Shown here: positions 59,601-64,000 of the stretch, in pieces
Layout: every line of letters starts with the position of its first letter
Position numbering within the stretch: the first letter of the stretch is position 1
Assembly (NCBI RefSeq): GCF_004010195.1
Contig: NC_057739.1
Span: forward strand, 35,172,664-35,236,663
DNA from: Chiloscyllium plagiosum
Taxonomy: Eukaryota
Direction of reading: 5' to 3'
DNA: 64,000 nucleotides
Position numbers and translations under genes: made by a program
Notes under the pieces: model-generated
What the model was told of the DNA's origin: nothing
What the model saw: only the letters and a program-made list of their open reading frames with translations
The model's database searches: none

Positions 59601-60509
59601 ATTATGTTTACGTCCAAATTTAAAACACACTTCAAAGTTTGGACATTATTCTAAATTAAAACCATTAAAAGGAGTGGGTGTAAGTAAAGATCTTTAAGTA
59701 TATTCAATACCTGCATGTTACAAATGATGGATGCAATCAATTAGAAAATATGTTGGGTTTTTTTTGAGCTTTGATTATAAACAAAAACAACCAAGTCTAG
59801 TCGAGGCCTTTAAAAGAGGAGTTGGTTAATTTCTGAAGAGAAACCATTTGTCAAGTTGCCCTTGCAGAGATCTGGCATGGGCATACTGGACCAAATAGCC
59901 TCCTTTTTTGGGGGCTGTGACCATTTTATGATTCAGTAATCTTTTTGGAATGCTTCAAAATATAAAAATCTTTCCAAAGTCATTCCAGCCAAAGTACAAT
60001 GCAAGGCATTGAATGTCTCCTCAGCTGCATCAATGTTTGGCTCTTAATTAATTAACTGACTGTGTTCAACAGTAACTTGCTAATATTTTAAGTTTGTTTC
60101 CAAAAGGACAGGAAAAATGAATTTATTTGTTGACATTGTTATTGGTGTTTCATACAAAGACCATCAAAGTTCCAAGTCTTTGAGTTCTGGCTTACTTGTG
60201 GGTTTTCTATTCCATTCCACAGAGACTAGGAAGGAGGCATGGCCTGAAAGCAACATGCCATGTTCAGTTTTGTTATCCATCAGAATATTTCTGAAAGTTG
60301 TAAATACAAATGCTATAAATTAGTGTGTAGCCCGCTAGCTCACTTAACTCCTTCTATAAACAGTGGGTTCAAGAACTTGAAGATTGAACCTCAAATTCAT
60401 TTAAGTCACAGACCTTGGATTGAAAGTGTATTTACACATAGCCATTTTTATAACTGTCTATAACATTTTGAAATAATGTTTTTAATTATGTTAACAGCCT
60501 TATTTACCA

Positions 60510-60745
60510 CCATCTGCAAATGCCTCACCAAGCCACTCACCAATTTGATTTGGAAATATATTGCCTTTCCTTCATTTTCACTGGGTCAGAATCCTGGAAC
60601 TTTGTCCCTAACAAAACTGTAAGTGCACCTACACCAAATGGACTGCAGTGGTTCAAGGAGGTAGATCACCACAATCTTCTCTGGGGCATTTAGGGATGGG
60701 TAATAATTGCTGGCCCATTAACCAAGCCCATACATAAAAGTAAGA
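60510..60745 (+). mobile_element. CR1/L2-group LINE 3' end
   Basis: GGACTGCAGTGGTTCAAGGAGG...TTTAGGGATGGGTAATAATTGCTGGCC. Confidence 0.75.
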
Positions 60746-60837
60746 TAGAATTTTTCCAAAACCCACATTTGGAGTAAGTGTGATTTAAGTGCCCCACCCT
60801 GTAATCAGCATATATACTCCTTTTTCCTAGCTACTAT

Positions 60838-60970
60838 TAGTTCTGAAAAAAGGTCACTGGATCGGAAACTTTAACTCTTGCTGTCTCTCGAAGGATGCCG
60901 TCAGACCGACCTGAGTTTCTCCAGAAATGTCTGTTTTGTGTTTGATTTCCAGTAACTACAGTTCTTTTAT
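60838..60970 (+). mobile_element. Single-arm hammerhead-remnant element (family B)
   Basis: GTT-CTGAAAA-AAGGTCACTGGATCG-GAAA-CTTT-AAC followed by the family B arm. Confidence 0.6.
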
Positions 60971-62169
60971 TGACAGATTGGCACTGAATGGATAAATTCA
61001 TTTTAAGGTGCAAATTGTGGTTGGTGAACAAACTTAACTATATTTTAAGGCAGTATAATGTATATTATAGTTTCTTACAGAAGAGTGATAGAAAAATTGC
61101 ACGTTCTCTCAACTGGGATTAGCTGTAAGTTGGTGGTGAGTGGCCAAAGTGGAAAATGGTTTCATTTTCTCGCATAACTCTCATTGCGTGATAGTTTGCT
61201 TAAAATTGTGAAATTGAATAACTACTTTGGTTTTGAAGAGTAATTGGATTTTGACATGTTAATTTCGTCCCACCTGCTTGAGGTTTACAGTGCATTAACT
61301 GCAATCATCTACACAATTTGATTGGAGCAGGACCTGGGAGTAATGGAGGTGATTGGGAATTGATTTTGATCTACTTGATTTTGTTGCTGTCATCAGAATT
61401 TTACTGGACTAGGCGTTTATTTTGAGTTAAATATATTTTAAAATGTCACAACTAAGTACTAATTTGTCAAACTAGTTAAATCTTACTGAGCAATTTCAAA
61501 ATTACCCACTAAGACATATTATCAATACAATGTATATTGTGGTAAAATTACCACTCATCCATCACTTCTATCATTGTGGGTCAGGCAGACTTAATATTTT
61601 AATGTCGTGCCACCTCCCTAACCTTTTTCATTGGTGTAAACTTCAAATATCTTATTTGGAGTTGCTGCAACAGGTTTTTTTTGGGGAAAGGGTTCCAAAT
61701 TTCTTTCTGTTAAGAAATACTTCATTATATTATCCCTGAATGATTTAATCTAATGCCATATTCCTGTCTACCCTGATGAGCTTTAACTCCCTCATTAGTC
61801 AAGGATCTAGCCTTTTAAAAAAAATCAATAATTCTGTTTCTGTTGGTCTCTGAAGAAAAGTTCCAAAGCTCATGACCCTCTCACAGTGAAAGATTGTCCT
61901 AATATCTGTTCTAAATGGGGTCCCCTTATTTTTAAGATGTGTTCTCTAATTCTAGTCTGTTCCACAAAGAAAAGTCCATTCAGTTCATTTTTGTCCAAGT
62001 GCTCAATTGTTTATCTCTATTAATAGACTATAGTTTCTTCCCTATCTTCGAGGTTAAGCTCTAAAATGTCCTAGTTTCTGCCTGCCATTGACATCAAGAC
62101 CGTATTTGGCTGGGTGTGACATCAATGAGTCTTAGCAAAACTAGGGTAAGAAAAGACGGAAAACTCTCT

Positions 62170-63475
62170 GCTATTTGGAATCATTGCTCAAAAAGGAAGA
62201 TTGCTGTAGTTGTAGGAGGTCTGTTGTCTCAGCTCGCAACATTCTTCTGGGTAGTATCCTAGGCCCAACCATTTCAGCTGCTGGATTTTCTCTCCATCAT
62301 AAGGTCAAAAGTGGAAATGTTTGCTGCTGATTGCACAGTGTTCAGCGCTTTCACATTTCTTCAAACATGAAGTAGACTGTGTTCAAATGCACAATCTGGA
62401 AATGTAGAGTTCGAGGCTGACAAGTGCAAAGTGCCATGTTATGCCGCTCAAGTGCCAGGCAATTATGTTCTCCAGCAAATAAGAATCTAACTATTGCTCC
62501 ATGCCATTCAATGACGTTACCATAATTGAATCACTGATTATCAATATCCTGGGATTGCCATCGATCAGAAACTGAACTGCATTAGCCATGTAAATTAGCT
62601 GGTAACAAAAGCAGGTTACAGGCTAGGAATCCTGCAACTTGTAATGTATCTCTAGACTCCCCAAAGCCTATTCACCATCTATAAGGCCAAAAGTCAGGAG
62701 TCTATTGGAATACTCTAAAATTGCTTGGATAAGTGCGCATCCAACAACATTTGAGGAGTTTAACATCATCCAAGACAAAACAGCCTGCTTGATTGACACC
62801 GTCTCTGCATACTTGAGTTACCTTCATTGATGTTCAATAATGGCAATGTACTGTCTTCTAGAATGAGAATTAGGATTAAGGTAGGTTTTATTGTCACTTT
62901 TACTCAAATATAGGGATACAGGAGTACAGTGAAAAGTGTACAAAGTTGCCATTCTCTGGTGCCATTCTTGGGTACAAAAAGAACAAAACTAACAGAAACA
63001 ACCATCTTGGATACAAAACCGAAAAAACCATCTTGGGTACGTAAAACAGGATTTTTTAAAAAAGCAGAAATATAAGAAACAGAGCCAAAAAGAGAGGGAA
63101 GCTTCCATATCTTGGGCTTATCTCTGTAAAGAAATTGGGCCTCCATCCCTAAAGCCATGAGTCAGTGCTAATTCTTGAGGTGCAGGTGCAGTGCAAAGAT
63201 TCACCAAGTCTCCTTAGACAGCGCCTTCCAAACCCATGACACAGCCTCCTAGAAAGATGGGAGCATCAGCACTAAAATTTCTCCTCCAAGCCACTCACCA
63301 TCCTGATGTGGAAATATATCACTGCTCCTTAAATATCACTAGGTCAAAATCTTGGAACTCCCACCCTAACAGCTTTTGAGGATATCTGCATCAAATGGAC
63401 TGCAGTGGTTGAAGAAAGCAATGCACCACCATCTTAAAAAGCCAGTGATGCCCAGATCCCAATGAATGTATTTAA
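62170..63475 (+). mobile_element. CR1/L2-group LINE 3' half with nested insertion at 62860-63183
   Basis: GSILGP, KVEMFAADC, LFTIYKAK; ends at the poly-A 63474-63488. Confidence 0.75.
62860..63183 (-). mobile_element. Unclassified retroposon with (AATTCT)-like tail
   Basis: Reverse-complement match to 44505-44706; internal CCATCTTGG(G/A)TAC repeats. Confidence 0.7.
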
Positions 63476-63852
63476 AAAAAAAAAAAAATTGTTGGCACAT
63501 GGATTAATATAAAAAAAGAGTTTTTGTTATTTATCTTCTGTTTTCTCTAGCTTTCAGTTCCATAATAGGCAGTGAGAGATTATTATAACGTCTACGTTAA
63601 CTGATTATCATTAGAGAAAAATGTACTAAATACATCAGCAAGTGTTGACTTCTCTTTCTATGGGATCACGTACCTTCTTATTCTGGCATTTTCCCAATGC
63701 TCTCTGCGAAGATTGTAAAATCAACATGTGTCTGCTGCACTCTGGCATATTGGTTGAGCAAAAAAAAAGTAACTTTAAGGGCATTATTGCACTTGACTTT
63801 TCAAATATCATTTATTCAGCTGAGTCTTAAATAGTTACGACTTATAAAGTTG

Positions 63853-64000
63853 TAGAGTCATACAGCATAGAAACATTCCCTTGGGCCCACCATTTCAATA
63901 CCGAAGAAAAAAACACCCAACTAACTAATCCCATTATCTGGACTTGGTCCATAGCTTACTATGGCCTGGCATTTTAAGTCTCATCTCGATGATTTTTAAA
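63853..64000 (-). mobile_element. CR1/HER1-like 3' tail (runs off the window)
   Basis: TAGAGTCATACAGCATAGAAACATTCCCTTGGGCCCACC. Confidence 0.7.

Overview
Repeat-dense vertebrate non-coding DNA, almost certainly from a shark: it carries elasmobranch HE1-type V-SINEs and their HER1/CR1 LINE partner. I find no intact host protein-coding exon, rRNA, true tRNA or CRISPR. Every ORF in the track that looks like a protein is a decayed retroelement fragment (CR1/HER1 RT, CR1 ORF1 esterase, RTE RT, Penelope RT and GIY-YIG). The window is a layered record of nested insertions: CR1/HER1, RTE, a CR1/L2-group LINE with its partner SINE, a hAT element inside a SINE, and several Penelope-like elements (PLEs). 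There is one 388-N assembly gap. The most notable signal is a set of hammerhead-ribozyme cores (CTGAnGA-stem II-GAAA-palindromic stem III-UH). They occur at the 3' ends of at least four PLE families and also in 90-220 bp non-coding single-arm or fold-back mini-elements, several flanked by 9-14 bp target-site duplications. These look like non-autonomous ribozyme-bearing PLE derivatives. Also present are two LINE copies carrying unidentified captured sequence, several local duplications, and repeat-free homeodomain/Sox/POU-rich islands that may be conserved enhancers. Family names come from recognition only, with no database search, and the boundaries of old repeats are approximate.
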